This document shows positions 1 to 35,116 of a stretch of 64,000 nt of DNA, piece by piece (within the stretch, counting starts at the first letter, position 1; every line of letters starts with the position of its first letter). The stretch comes from Blastocystis sp. Blastoise. Lineage: Eukaryota; Protista; Bigyra: Opalinata. The DNA is taken from positions 310,001 through 374,000 of the forward strand of contig JBBPEB010000021.1 in assembly GCA_039096225.1 (NCBI GenBank). The letters run 5' to 3'. The translations under genes were made by a program, and so were the position numbers. The notes under the pieces are model-generated. The model did no database searches. It was not told where the DNA came from and worked only from the letters and a program-made list of their open reading frames with translations.

Positions 1-1790
1 GACAATTCCCATTCTGAATGCTTTAATAGTAGCAGGACAGGAAGAAGAAAGAGACGGCATATCTGTTAACTGAAGTAACTATATATAGGCATATATATAT
101 ATTGATAGAATAAAAATTTATTATTCATATAAATAATATATATATATAAGAAGAAGCATATAAAATACATAAAAATGGAGACAATATAATAATATTCATA
201 ATAATATCATAATAATATTCATAATAATAGTCATAATAATATTCATAATAATATTCATAATAATATCATAATAATATTCATAATAATAGTCATAATAATA
301 TTCATAATAATAGTCATAATAATAGTCATAATAATATTCATAATAATAATACATAATAATATTCATAATAATATTCATAATAATATTCATAATAATATAC
401 ATAATAATATTCATAATAATATTCATAATAATATACATAATAATATTCATAATAATATTCATAATAATATTCATAATAATATACATTATATCTTGCTTTA
501 AATAGAGAATCTAGCGAATGTGACGTAATAGGTTTAGATAAAAGAGATAATTGTGTTTCTACATGTGATTCAATTGTGTTTTTCTGCTCTGTTTTGATAT
601 GTTTAGAATATAATAATGAAGATACAGTTACTTCTAATCTCTAAATATATATGTAAATAAAAAAATATTATCAGTAAATAGAAATAAATATTTATATATC
701 ATAATACTTATTTCAATATTATATATATAGAATTATTATTATTATTATTATTATATATACCTGTACAAGTAATTCTTTACGAAGAGAAGCATCCAGACAC
801 ATTTTATTATTAATAGTATTTAAATAAGAAACCATTTTTGGTGTGATTTGTGAAGAATCTATTAAATATCTATTCATTCTCTATAATTATATATTTTGAT
901 TATCACAAATATATTTTTTAAATTATATAAAAACCATATTCAGTTATTATTATTAGTTTATATCTATATATACATCAAGTTGTGTGAATATAGTATATAA
1001 TATAGAATTCTCGTCTATTTTGCCATTAGGAATATCGGAAGAAGACATCAAAAAGAATTGTAAAGATTGAATCTATATATAAATAAATAAATTTATATAT
1101 ATATATATAATCTAAAACACCTCTTTTTATCATTTTTTTTCTTATTTAAAAAAAAAATAACACAAAATATATATTTTTTAAATTAAAATAATATAAATAT
1201 ATTAAATATATACTAGATTATTAACAGTATTCACTTTCTTTATTTCTTCTTCTTTCACTTTAGAAACATTTTGAGAGATAATAGAAACCTGTAATTCTCC
1301 TGTAAGAAAATCAAGTAATTCGCATCGATTTCTAAAGGAATCAGTTGTATTCTCAATAAAACTATACACATTAAAGTAAATAAATATTTTTTATTATTTA
1401 GTGAATCATTATACCCTCTTTCTAATGCAAAGAAGAGTGGATCTGATAGAGCCTGCTGTGATTCTTTATCATCTAAACATTCAAAAAGACAAATCTTGGT
1501 AACAAGTTTCGCAACAATTTCATCAAAGATATCAATAGATTTCATCGTATTAGAAAGTAAATCATCGCAATTAAAGAAACAATCCTTTAGTTTCATACTT
1601 TCAAAACGTACAATCGTATCCTCTAGTATCTGTCTGCAAATTTCCATCTTTATTTTTTATTTATTCATATAAACTACGAAAGTATCTAAATACAGATAGT
1701 CTTTTCTTGAAGACACCTTTATCAAAGCAAGTATCGTGGTAATAAGAAGAAATGATCCGATTCTCAATAAATATCCACGGTTTTAGACAA
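1..1790 (-). CDS. Multi-exon hypothetical protein, 3'-partial (runs off the window start)
   Basis: ORF 1255-1647 is interrupted by a GT-AG intron (about 1362-1414), after which the frame continues FIENTTDSFRNRCELLDFLTGELQVSIISQNVSK. Further exons lie near 975-1072, 761-880, 500-640 and 1-78. The start codon is uncertain and no family was recognised. Confidence 0.6.
196..486. repeat. 12-bp minisatellite (ATTCATAATAAT-like units), probably intronic
   Basis: About 24 near-perfect 12-bp units are directly visible. Confidence 0.9.
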
Positions 1791-1870
1791 AACTCATTTT
1801 CACCAATATTTTTTTGATTTATTGTATATTTTTTCTTTGGTCACTATTCTGTCTTCTTATTTATTTATCA

Positions 1871-3415
<1,545 letters not shown>

Positions 3416-3733
3416 AGTTCCTATATAATCTTGTTACTTTTTTTTTGTTACTATTATCTGTTTTTTTTAGGTGATCTACTTTTTCTCATTTCACTTTTTC
3501 ATCTATTTTCTATTTGTTCTCTATTTAACATGTTCTGTATTTTGATGTTTTTATTTGATATATCGTTTGTTATCTTAAAGTTTAAATGAGAAAATAAAAG
3601 ACTTTTCAACATTCATACCCTATTCATGATTGTATTTATAAAATGTCTTACAAAATAACGGAAATTCATGATTATTCTCATTCTTAAGAAAAAGCTAGCA
3701 AATAAAAACTATTTTTGTATTAATTACTTGATT

Positions 3734-9335
<5,602 letters not shown>

Positions 9336-10136
9336 ATAAGATGTATATATATATATATATTATTATTATTATTATTGTTATTATTCATTATATATATAGA
9401 TCTTTGCCCTTATTAATCTTTATTTTATTACAGGTAAGTAAATATATATATATATAACTACATATATATATATATTACTTTCATTGTCATATATATATTC
9501 TTTTGTATTCATTATTTATTCTATATTCACATACTATATGTTTCTATATATCAAATAATTATAATACTATATTACTCATAATATATTTATTTCAACAATT
9601 ATTTTTTATATACATACATATATATATAGTTTATTATCCATATTTATATTTCATTCTATTTTTATATATAAGATATATCTTTATATATATCGTTTTATTA
9701 ATTATCTTTTTCGAAGATTTTTCTTTATATATACATATGTATATGTATATCATAATAAAATCGAAGATATTTCTTTGTTTCAACTTTATATATATATATA
9801 TACTTTTATGATTAATTTCAATTATCTTTTTTTTTAATATTGTTTTGTTTTTCTATTAAGAATAGTCCGTTATTGTAAAACAAGATTTAATATAAAACAC
9901 ACAATGAATACTTTAAACATATTCATATATATAAAAACCAAAATATATATATATAATAGTTATCATATATAATATATACACTAATATATATAATATATAA
10001 ATAATATTAATTCTATAATTTAATTAATAAAAAAAGAAACACTAAATAAATATATAAATATATATATATATATAGAAAATAAAAACAAGAAAACAAAACA
10101 TGACTTTATCTCACAAATAACCACGGTAATTTATAA

Positions 10137-11030
10137 TTAATCCATGTCATCTATGGAATTCGCTGCGTTTTCAGGTTCAAGAGTCACTATATATATATAT
10201 ATAAGATTAATAGAATATATAATAATAATTACAAATAATAACATATATATATATATACAATGATCTTCTTCTTTAACTTTTGTGATTTGAATTTCTTCGA
10301 CAATTGGTTTTGATAATAATGGTTCTTCTTCTTCTTCTTTAACTGTATAATCTTCTTCAACTTCAGTGACTTTTACAGAAGAATTTCCATTCGAAGAGTC
10401 TATATATAATAATAATATAGAATAACATATATATAATAATATAGAATAATATAGAATAATATTTATAGAATAATATAGAATAACATATATATATATATAT
10501 ATATATACCACTATTATTTATATCTTTTTCGAATCGTTCTGGATTTAATAGCAGCATTCCCATCCCGCCAATAACTAAAAATCCCGCTATTCCTATCTAT
10601 ATATATATTTATATAGATTTCTATTATTTGTTATTTTTTATATTAATTATTATAATATATGTATGATTTTTGAAATAAACATAATTCGTATTACTATACT
10701 ATATTATATATATATACAGCAATATCTGCAATAATAGCAATCCATAATAATCGAATTCTCCATCCTCCAATCACTTTACAGAGAATATAATACTTAAACA
10801 CCGACCCAAATACCATGCCAATTCCCGCGAAACAACTACTCTGAATATCAGCTATATCATGCTATATATATATATATATATATAGAAAAAGAGAGAGAAA
10901 GAAGAACATAGAAGATTCAGTAATAATTATATATAATAGCTTAATTATAATAATAATAATAATAATATATATATATACATCATCAGGATTAGCATACTTT
11001 GTTATATATGCACACATGACTACCTAAAGA

Positions 11031-11088
<58 letters not shown>

Positions 11089-12760
11089 CATAATAATGAG
11101 AGAGAAAACACAAATATATATATATATATATATACAAATTTAATTAATTGAATAAGAAGATAGATCCAAATAGGTAGAATAGCATATATATATGAATAAG
11201 AAACAAGGGTGTCGTGTACTAATGCAATTCTATAAACTGAAAATATCTTACAGATGCTGAAAACAGCATCAGAAAGTGTACTCCAATCGGCTTGTCCAAT
11301 GAATACTCTATGTACATGTAATTATAGACAGTCACGTGGGCATCACGTGATAATCAAGAAGGAATATGAAAATAGCAACAGAAATTATAAAAATAATATA
11401 ATATCAACACAGAAACAATAATTATTATATATAAAAACATATACATAACTATAATATATATATAATAATATTATTTTTCACATACTTGATCAATATAGAG
11501 ACAGTTTCAAGAAGTTCATATATATAATAAGGTATACATGCACGATAAAGAAGCCAGTTCGGGGAGTCCAGCGCAAGACCAATGGATATCACAGATATAT
11601 ATAGAAATATTATACTTATCATACTTATACTATATATATATAGAAATAATAATGAAAATGATATATAAGAAACGTTAAACTAAACGTGTATATATATTTA
11701 TATATATATAAAAATTATAATATATATATATAATTAAATATTAAATAAATCTGTCACAGTCACAATACTCAATAAATAAATAAAAATAATCATATGAAAT
11801 AAAAAAATAATGATATTCAATAAATAAAATATATATACATATCTACAATACTGCTTGTATCATTAAAGAAATCATTATTATTCACATTATCTTCTTCATT
11901 CTCTTCGTTATCACTCGATTTAGCTTTTTGATGTGACATAAGTTTAGTGACAATTAGTGTATATATATAGCTTAGTATACCATAACCATTAATTAAAGTT
12001 AATATAATCATAGCAATAAACACGGGAATTAGAACAGTTGTCCAACTCCAAGAAATATAATTATCTGCTTTTAATCCAAATGTTGCTATATATATATATG
12101 TTTATAATATATATATATCCACTTAAAACTATATTGAATATATATTAAATTTTTAAATATATATAATATATAATATATTAAATTATAAAATATAGACATA
12201 CTAATAAAGTATAATATAGTAATAAATGCAACAATAAAGAAACTAGTGATAAGCAGACGATATTTAAACGGAAGAGAACATAATGCACTAACTGCAGTCT
12301 ATAAATATATATATATATATTAAATAATACGAAGATCTATTTATAAACTTTTAAAAACAATATACATCAGGATCTGTAAACATTGCAGATGGATCATCCA
12401 TAAATTTTATATAATTATAACCATATTTATCATATTGTTCCTAAATGAATAAAAATTAAATATAAAAAATAATTGTACTCTTTTTTTTGCATCTGATAAT
12501 ATCTCATAGGCTTCTTTACATTCTTGAAACTAATGAAAAATATGAGAAAACAGAAATACGAGAAGAAATACTTTAGCTGCTGCTTGTTTATCTCCACCGT
12601 TCTTATCAGGATGATATTTTAATGCAACGCGATAATAAGCTTTCTATATAATGACATAAAAATATACAAATGGAAATTTCTGTGTTGCACTCACTTTTAT
12701 TTGAGAGCTTGTTGCAGTTGGTTCTATTTCAAATAAATCATATAATAGAGTATCTTTCAT
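10137..12760 (-). CDS. DnaJ (Hsp40 J-domain) protein with C-terminal multi-pass TMEM185/FAM11-like membrane region
   Basis: MKDTLLYDLFEIEPTATSSQIK|KAYYRVALKYHPDKNGGDKQAAAK|FQECKEAYEILSDAKKR (HPD motif); later FGLKADNYISWSWTTVLIPVFIAM and several hydrophobic exons. Confidence 0.85.
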
Positions 12761-13254
12761 TTTTATTTAGTCATAAAGGAGTATACTTTAATTGTTTATA
12801 AAATTAATTTTTAATTTTTTTTTAGATTCTTTAGAATAGGACTTAGAATTCGATCGATTCTTTTTCTTTTTAGTCAGTTTATTCTACGAAAGAAAACTAA
12901 TATACATTCTTTTTTCTATTATTCATTTTTAATTTATCTCTTTGCCACTCAGTAATACTCTAAGATCAAAAAGATTCTCTGGAAAATCAATGAAATGTAA
13001 ATTACTATGAATTCTTCTTGTTTTCTCTTATACAGTGTCTCACATTCTTTCTATATTCCGTATATCTCAAATCTTTAAAGAGACGAGGAAAAGAGTTCCA
13101 TTTTTTTAATTTGTTTTTTTTCTTTCAACAAAAATTTATCATTTTTTTATCGTTTAATTATATATATCACGTTAATATATAAATATATTTCATTATAATC
13201 TTATTTGAGAATATACGAACAAGATAAAAAAAAGTATGTTATTAAGAATATTTG

Positions 13255-13435
13255 TTCTCCAATAAAATGATGTTTTCAAAATATATGACGAAAGGGACCA
13301 ATATTTTTATGGATATGGGTAATCAATTCGGTTTTTTTAGGGAGAATGAAGAGGAACACAAGATGATTTATTGGATTTAGACCCTATCTCAACAGAATTA
13401 GGTCCACATTATGAATTGGTTCATCCAATAAAATG
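13255..13435. promoter_or_regulatory. CCAAT-box cluster with TGACG half-site upstream of the ArfGAP gene
   Basis: CCAATAAAATG occurs twice (about 13259 and 13425), plus ACCAAT, a reverse ATTGG, and ATGACG at about 13285. Confidence 0.45.
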
Positions 13436-13534
13436 GTAGAACGAAATTCCCAAAAAAAGAAAAAGAAAAATATCAATGATCTTTCATGTTCATTTCTTGA
13501 TTTTGTAGATAAATACTTGGATAAATAGAAGGGA

Positions 13535-14994
13535 ATGAGTTATTTGACTCCTCAGCAAAAGAAGATTCTTGATGGTCTTATGAAGAAGGATTACAATAAG
13601 GTTTGTGCTGATTGTGGTTCTAAGGGTCCTCGATGGGCTTCAGCTACTTTAGGTACATTTATTTGTATTCGTTGTTCTGGTGTACACAGAAATCTTGGTG
13701 TTCATATTTCTTTCGTAAGATCAACAAACCTTGATAGTTGGAAGCCTGAGCATATAAAGAATATGCAAAAATGGGGTAATAAGAGAGCTAATGCTTATTG
13801 GGAATATCATTTACCTAAGGATTATCCTCGTCCTAATGAACAAAGTACTATGGGTGAATTAGAGAAGTTTATTCGTGCTAAATATGAGATGAAGAAGTGG
13901 GCTCGTAGACCTGGTGAAGAACCTCTTCCTGCTGAAACTAAAAAGAGTCCTATGCCTCTTGATGGAAGTGCTACTCCTAAAGCTTCTAAATCTCCTAGAA
14001 AGAGTGTAGAAGAAGAAGAGGAAGAAGAAGAAGATGCTTTTGAAGAAGAAGAAGTTCCTAAAGCTAAACTTAGAAAATCTCAAAGTAGTATGTATAGAAG
14101 TTTTTGTTTTATTTATTATATTATTATTTATTATTATTTTTTTTTTATTTATTTATTATTATTATTATATTATATTTTTTATTTATTATTTATTATTATT
14201 TATTATTATTTATTATATTATTTTTATTATTATTTATTATATTATTTATTATTATTATTATTTTTTAAATTAATTAATTAATTAAATATTTGTTTTATTA
14301 AATAATAAATAAATTATTATAATATATATATATAAAAGTATCTTCCTCTTCTGGTAGAGCTAAATCTTCAAAGTCTCTTCGTTCTACAAAATCATCTAAT
14401 GGTGATGAAGAAGATTTCTTTAATATGTCTCCCGTTCCTACATCTCCTTCTTCTCCTATGTCTCCTATGTCTCCTGTAGAACAACCTACTTCTCCTATGG
14501 ATTTATTAGGTGATTTATCTGTGAATACTCCTAGTCCTGCTAGTAGAAAATCAGAAAATATTATGGATAAAGATAATACTACTTTAAAGGGTAATGCTAA
14601 ACCTACTGCTGCTTCTATTATGGATCTCTATAATACCAGTGCTATGCCTAAATCAATGTCTCCTCAACCTAGTGGTAATGTAATGAATATGAATATGGGC
14701 TATGGTATGCCTCAACAACAACAACAAATGGGCATGAATATGAATATGGGTTATGGTATGCAACAACAACAACCTATGAATATGAATATGGGATATGGTA
14801 TGCCTCAACAATCTATGAATATGAATATGGGTTATGGTATGCAACAACAACAAAGACCTGCTAGTATGGGTATGAATATGAATATGGGTTATGGCATGCA
14901 ACAACAACAAAGACCTGCTAACATGGGCTATGGTATGCAACAATCTATGAATAACCAAAACTCTAATCAAGGCGGTATTCCTTCATTCTTCTAA
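13535..14994 (+). CDS. ArfGAP, SMAP/AGD5 type, with Met/Asn/Gly/Gln-rich low-complexity C-terminus; 2 exons
   Basis: CADCGSKGPRWASATLGTFICIRCSGVHRNLGVHISFVRS zinc finger with catalytic Arg; FIRAKYE; DLL motif; MNMNMGYGM repeats; intron about 14088-14338. Confidence 0.93.
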
Positions 14995-15799
14995 AGCATA
15001 AAATCTATTCATTATGTGTAATACTATTGAAATTATTTTATTTTTTCTTTCCCTAAATATATATTTATATTTCTGCTTTTTTTTGTACTATTGTATTTTA
15101 TTTTTATGTATTCTTATTCATATTATCTTATCTTGCATTATAGTATAGCGATTTATTATTTTTCTCTTTCTTCTTTGAATTCTCTATAAACGCTTCTCTA
15201 TATAATAATATTTCCTTATTTTCTTTTTGTTTTGTTATGTGTATAGGTGTTTTTTTTTTTTAATTATATTTAATTATTTCTGTTTAATATTTAAAATTAT
15301 CATGTTAAATATTATGAAATTAATGTATATTCTAATAGAAACACTATTCATAACGAATCCTCTCAGTGATCATTCTAGTTTTTATTTAGAATTTTCATTT
15401 CTCTTCATACATATGTCATCTCAATAATTCTTCTATCCTATAGAGACTCTTTTATCTCTTCTAAAACCAATTTAAAACATTTTTTGAATAAATTAAAATT
15501 TTAAAAAATCGCAAATTTCATACATTTTCAGTATATGTCTGAATAATAAAAAATTAAATTCATTCGATGCACTTTTCTTCTTAGTGCAAAAACTCTACTA
15601 TTTTTCTTTACCATAAAAAAACCATTTTATTTCCTTAAAAACAATGAATTTCCCCTGATTCTTTTAAACAATCAAAATCTCCTGATAATTTTTTTTTTTT
15701 CATTTTTTCTATACAATTTTAATTAACTAATAATAAATAGGATTATGAAGAATATAATTCTTATTTTTATCATAGCAGGTATATTTTTTCTATATCTTT

Positions 15800-21892
<6,093 letters not shown>

Positions 21893-21982
<90 letters not shown>
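21893..21982. repeat. (TA)n tract of about 45 units directly after a stop codon
   Basis: Directly visible. Confidence 0.95.
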
Positions 21983-21985
<3 letters not shown>

Positions 21986-22212
21986 TAAATTCATTTTATT
22001 TTATATAAATATCTTATATATTTTATTTATCTTTTAATTTCAATATTTCATTTTTATTGTAAAAACATACTCATTCTTCGTTCTCCTTTTAGTTTTGTTC
22101 TTTATATAGATTTGTATCTTATTAACAATACATAAAAAAATTCTTTTTTTTAATAACATAAATCAATCGTATTTTTATTATATATATATACATGAAAGAA
22201 TAATATAAATGA

Positions 22213-22748
22213 TTATTTAACAATATATTTATTTCCTGCTGCTTCATCTTTTTCAGGCAATGACGTTGAATGTATCTATAATTGAATACATAGAATAATA
22301 ATTTAATAAATAACATACTTGTTGTAAATACATTTTTTCTTCTTCAGTAAGTTGTCTTTCGTTATTTTTCTGATTCTCTTTATTCTTTTTCAATTCATCA
22401 ATCTTCTTCTGACGTTCCTCCATAGCTATTTTATATAAATCACTTTCATTACTAATTATGGAAGCTTCTGGAAAAGTATTTGTGTTATCCATTTGAATAG
22501 GAAGAGAAGATTGATTTGAAGATTGATTGGAACTCATCTAAAGAATGAAAAGATGAAATGGAACTATTGATGAATAACTATGTAACTATTTCTACTTGAT
22601 TATTCACAGTAGGTGCTATACCAAATTCATAATCCCAACGACTCTCATTCCTCATCATATTATAATAATATAGATGACCATCTTGTGTATAATGAGGAGT
22701 CCATATCCCTTTACCTGATTCTGTATCTAAAAAGAATCCATTACTCAT
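22213..22748 (-). CDS. Small WW-domain protein with a short coiled coil; 3 exons
   Basis: GIWTPHYTQDGHLYYYNMMRNESRWD is a WW domain. The spliced frame continues MSSNQ...YLQQ|IHSTSLPEKDEAAGNKYIVK*. Confidence 0.8.
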
Positions 22749-23003
22749 TATTAGTAAGATGTTAATAAAACAGATTTTTTTTTGAGAATTTAAACAAAAT
22801 AAAAACAAAACGATAAAACTTTAACATAGATGAAATTTTGAATATTAAAAAGAAGATAAAATCATTTTTGTATATATATTAGAAAGTCATAAACACACAT
22901 CCATCAATGGAAAACAAATAATAATACGTAATTTACAAAAAAAATGAAGAATGAAAAAATACAAATATCTGAGTAATAATAAATATATTTAAACCATCAG
23001 AGT

Positions 23004-28809
<5,806 letters not shown>

Positions 28810-29058
28810 TTTTTCTCTATTTCTTTATATATTATACAATCACAAAAAGTGTTTTTTCAATAATAAAGAAATAAAAGTCTTGATGATTGAAGAGAAATTT
28901 GTGTTTGAAACAAATTCAGAAATAATGTGTGAATCCAGATTAATTTGATGTTTTGAGGAGATTTTCTGAATAAAATCAGGATTCTCTATTTAGAAAAAAA
29001 GGAAGAATATATTTATTTAACAAGAGTTATTTATATAGAAAGTATCAAATACTTAAAT

Positions 29059-30685
29059 ATGGATTCTGAAAGAGAATTGAAAAAAGCTCAAATATATAAA
29101 GCTAAACAAAATATTGTTTATGAAGCTTTGAAAAAGAACATTGAATTAGTCAAACAAGCTGAAGAAGAAAATGACCATACACTTGTCATGAGAGCTCTTC
29201 TCTTTACTCCTGAATTAGAAAGAATATATCGTTAAATACTCTTAATATCGTATTATCAAAGTGTCTCAAGGATGAAAATGCATGCAAATCATATTATTTG
29301 AATACCCTAAAGGATTACATACAAGTATTTCTTGATATTTATTTTCTAGTTTTTTAAATATTATATATATATATATATATTTGTTATAGACTGAAGAGAA
29401 TTCATTTTCAGAAATCAGTGAATATGAATTATCTACTGTGAATGTCTATTTAGGCAATATCCTTATTTATATATTATTCAGAGATCAATATTATCAACAA
29501 GCTTATGAAACTACATTATATATATTAAATAATTATAAAGATATTCATACACATACAATGAATATATTACTTGCCAGAACCGTGGGAATCTATAGTATTA
29601 TAGCCAAGAAAGTAGAAAATGGATTCAATAGAGAGTATATAGATAGTATTATTATTATTATTATTATTATTATAAATATAATAATTATTTATAAAAATTA
29701 TTAATATATGTTCTCTATAGATATGTATTTTCCTTATATCGTAATGCATGTTTATTTAATAATATTATTGGACAAGTATATATATATATATATATAATAA
29801 TAATTACTCTATATGAATTATTAAATAGAAATCTATTCATAACTATATATATAGGCATCTCTCTACAATTTAATATTATCCATGTATATATATAATAAAG
29901 AATATGAAGCTGCTGCTACTTTCATTCAAAGATCTCATTTTCCCGCGGATATTAGCGATAAACAATATGTAAGATATCTCTATTATAAAGGTATATTGTC
30001 ATTTATTATGAATATATTCTTATATAATCAAAACTCGCATGGTTATTCTTATTATTTATTATTTAATATGTATATATATAGGATTAATTGAATGTGTTCA
30101 ATTAGAATACACTCATAGCAGTGAATCTCTTCAACAAGCTCTTCGTTATATAGATGGAAAACAATATCTCGGAATTCAAACTAAAATCCATCAAATATAT
30201 ATATTAGTTCAGTTATTGATGGGAGATATTCCAGATAGAAATATATTTAATATATATATAAATACACCCTATCTCTCTCTTCTCTCTCCTTATTATTATC
30301 TTACACAAGTATAGAATTTATTATTATTTTATTTATTTTATGTATAATATTTATTATATTTATTTTATTTATTATATTTATTATATTTATTATATTTATT
30401 ATATTATCTCTTATTATTACTAATAGTTCTATATATATATATATATAGATTGTACGTACAGGGGATGTTCATGGTTTTTCTTCTTTATTTAATAAATATA
30501 GTGATATATTTAAACATGATGGTACTTATCATCTTATTCTAAGACTTCGATCGAATGTTCTACGACTTGCTATTCGTCAGATATATATATCATATTCACG
30601 AATATCAATTGAAGAAGTAGCCAATCGTCTTGGAATTACCGCGGAAGACGCTGAATTCATTTGTGCTCGTGTATATATATATATG

Positions 30686-30781
<96 letters not shown>

Positions 30782-31032
30782 TAATATATAGACCATTCGT
30801 GATGGAGTTATTGATGCCGAATTAGATCATGAAAACGGCTATCTTACTTCTAAAGTATATATATATAATCTCTATTCTATCATAATATCATTTCTATTCT
30901 TCATTATAATATATTATATATATATAGGATCAAAGTACAATTCAAATAACAGAATCCCCTCGAATTGGATTCCAGAAACGTATTGAAACGCTTCTTAACA
31001 TTAAACATGAAGTACTCAGAGCTAAACAATAA
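29059..31032 (+). CDS. RPN3: 26S proteasome regulatory subunit RPN3/PSMD3 (PCI domain); apparent 1-nt frameshift near 29217
   Basis: QYVRYLYYKG|LIECVQLEY...LQQALR...ILVQLLMGDIPDRNIF...PYYYLTQ|IVRTGD...FKHDGTYHLILRLRSNVLRLAIRQIYISYSRISIEEVA...DAEFICAR|TIRDGVIDAELDHENGY. Confidence 0.92.
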
Positions 31033-31269
31033 TATATATATATATAATGTCTTTATATATATGAATGGATATCATCTTTTTTATAATTAATATATATGAT
31101 TATTCAAATGTTTGCTTTATTTTTATATAATAAATAGTTATAACTTATATCCTAAACACTTTCTGTTATCTATTTTTCAATAATTTACTTTTAAAAAGGT
31201 GTGTATTTATTCAATAGTAACTAATAAATATAATGAGAATAATAACAAAACAGAATAGAAGATGTGCAA

Positions 31270-32680
31270 TTAATAGTTAAGAGGTCTGATATTTGGTTGA
31301 GGTTTCATGAGATATTGTGGTTTAGTGAGATGATGTTGTGTGGTGAGTGATCTCCTGACAGGAGTAGAGAGAGAAGATATTGAGGGTGATCTAGAGAGAG
31401 ATGTTGGTGTAGATATAGGACGATTATGAAGAGCAACAGTTGCAGAAGGAGATGTGATAGGAGCTAGAAGATAAGGAATGTAGTCATATGAATAGAGATA
31501 ATAAAATTAAAATACTCCAAGATTATATATGTAGAAAGAAAATATTATGTAAATGTATTTATATTTATATATATACTTCTTGTGAATGGATTGGAACGAT
31601 TGTGTGAAGGTGTTTCTCGTTGATGACCTTGTTCGGAGTAATTAGAATACCGTTGAGGTTGAGTGGGGGTCATAGCACGTGATGGAGACTGATATGCAGG
31701 TTTGATTTCTCCAGAGAGTCCAGGAGTACGGGGTCTGTTTAAGTTCATGCGTGAAAAAGATGTGTATAGTTAAGTATATATATAATAATTATAATAATAA
31801 ATAGAATATTAATAATAGAAGTATATATATATATTAATAAAGATATTGTCGTGATTCTTGAGGTACTTGATTTGTGGATGCATGAGATGGATTATTGGTG
31901 GATCTATATAAATTAAAAGAGAGATATATAAAGAGAGATATAAGATAATAGTATACATATTTATATTATTTGGATAACGATCTTGTTGACTCTATAAATA
32001 ATTATAGATATATATAGATATAAATACAGATAAAGAACAATATGTATATACAACTTTAGAGAAGCTTTTGAACTTAGAAAAGTCGGGTTTAGACAAATTA
32101 TTTGTAAATGAGAATCTTGGTGTTTGTTGAAATGAACTACCAGATACTTTTTGAGATAATTGTTCTTTGAGTTCTTCAATAATTCTATTAAAAAAATCAG
32201 TTATTTGATTATGAAACTCTTACTTTTCATATTTTTGTTTTATACTATCAATTTCACGGTTTTTCTTTTCTAGTTTTTCTGTCAAATAATTGATATAAGC
32301 TTGTTGGTGACCTTCTTGAAACTAAATTATATTTATAATAAGACAAAAATGATAGCATATAAATAAATAAATGAAAAATAAAAATACACTGTAAATATCT
32401 TGAATTTGGCTTATTGTGCTTCCTATATCTTCATGTATGAACTTGTTGATATCATCAGGCAAAGTATCCTAAGAATACTACATGTGACTGTACTTTAAAT
32501 TCAGTATACTTTCAATAATAACACTGAGAAATCTTGATTACATATTGGGCATATCTTATTATGTGAACATCCTTTCTCATGAAAACAGGAATTACAAAAG
32601 AAGTGCCCACAAGATGTAAAGACACCATCATTATCTATGTGTGATGTAAAGCATAAGTTGCATCTTGGTATAAATGACAT
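31270..32680 (-). CDS. Zip3/RNF212-like RING - coiled coil - Ser/Pro/Thr-rich protein (meiotic pro-crossover E3 family)
   Basis: Not in the ORF track; translated by hand: MSFIPRCNLCFTSHIDNDGVFTSCGHFFCNSC...CPMC; LPDDINKFI...IQDIYS|FQEGHQQAYINYL coiled coil; disordered S/T/P tail ending RPLNY*. Confidence 0.7.
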
Positions 32681-32942
32681 TCTATATAGATTTTAATAGA
32701 ATATCATTCATATTGATAGTAATTCATCAAGAATAATAAGAAAAATCATAATGAAGATTTTGGGTTTGTGTGGGAAAATCGGTTCATCCAATCAATTAGC
32801 AAATTTTATAGATGACGCAAAAGAAAATGGAAACAAAAGAAAAACAAAGTCAAAAAATGGATTTTTGATGTTTTTTAAAAAAGAACTTCAATAAGAAGAT
32901 TGATATTTTTTGGTTTTGATTTTTTGTGATTCATTTATAAAT

Positions 32943-34338
<1,396 letters not shown>

Positions 34339-35116
34339 ACAGCATTACTCTTTTTATCTCATTATATACATTCATATACATCTACCTGTTCTTATTAATT
34401 ATTTATTTTCTGGATGCTTTGTTCATTATTCTTTCTATCCATATATGTATTATAAAGTAGAATCCTAAAACCTTTTTTTTAGTATATATCAAGTATCTAC
34501 TGTGAAATCCATTTCAGATACATACTTATGAACCCATAATACATAAAATAACTTAGTTTCTTGTCATATACTATTTGTTTATTATAGTAAATAAAAGAGA
34601 CATCAAATAACTTTTTATTCTAGTATTTCATCTTCTTTCATGGCATACATAATTCTCATAATAATATATATCTGAAATATAAACAAATAAAACTATTATT
34701 CATATTAATAATGTGATTATTCATATATAAAATAATGATGCATCTGTAACGTTCATCTATAAATATATTTTATTATTAATGCACACATAATATGTTTAAT
34801 GTATATATATTGACATAGTTCATCTTGTATATATAATAGTATTAACATACTACTCTATATATATTCGATAACTCTAACTACACCACATAAAGAGTAGAAA
34901 ATATAGATATATTCTTGTTATATATATCTAATCATGATACTCTGAACCTTCTCAGAATATTCTTCTTATTTATTATGAATAAATACCACATTTTAACATA
35001 AATGATACAATAATAAAAAAATAGTTTGTAATATCTTCACTGATATAATAAATATGAATAAATAAGCAAAACAATACAGTCATATATTTCTAATGAATAA
35101 CGACATATAAATATAT

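Noticed and set aside
1760-1800. LKPWI resembles the TPP1/Est3 OB-fold N-terminal motif
   Set aside because: It is a five-residue match only, the downstream sequence looks helical, and the start codon frame is unresolved.
14653-14970. His-rich antisense ORF, and similarly the Arg/Ile ORF at 27946-28272
   Set aside because: These are shadow frames of coding repeats in ArfGAP and RIC1.
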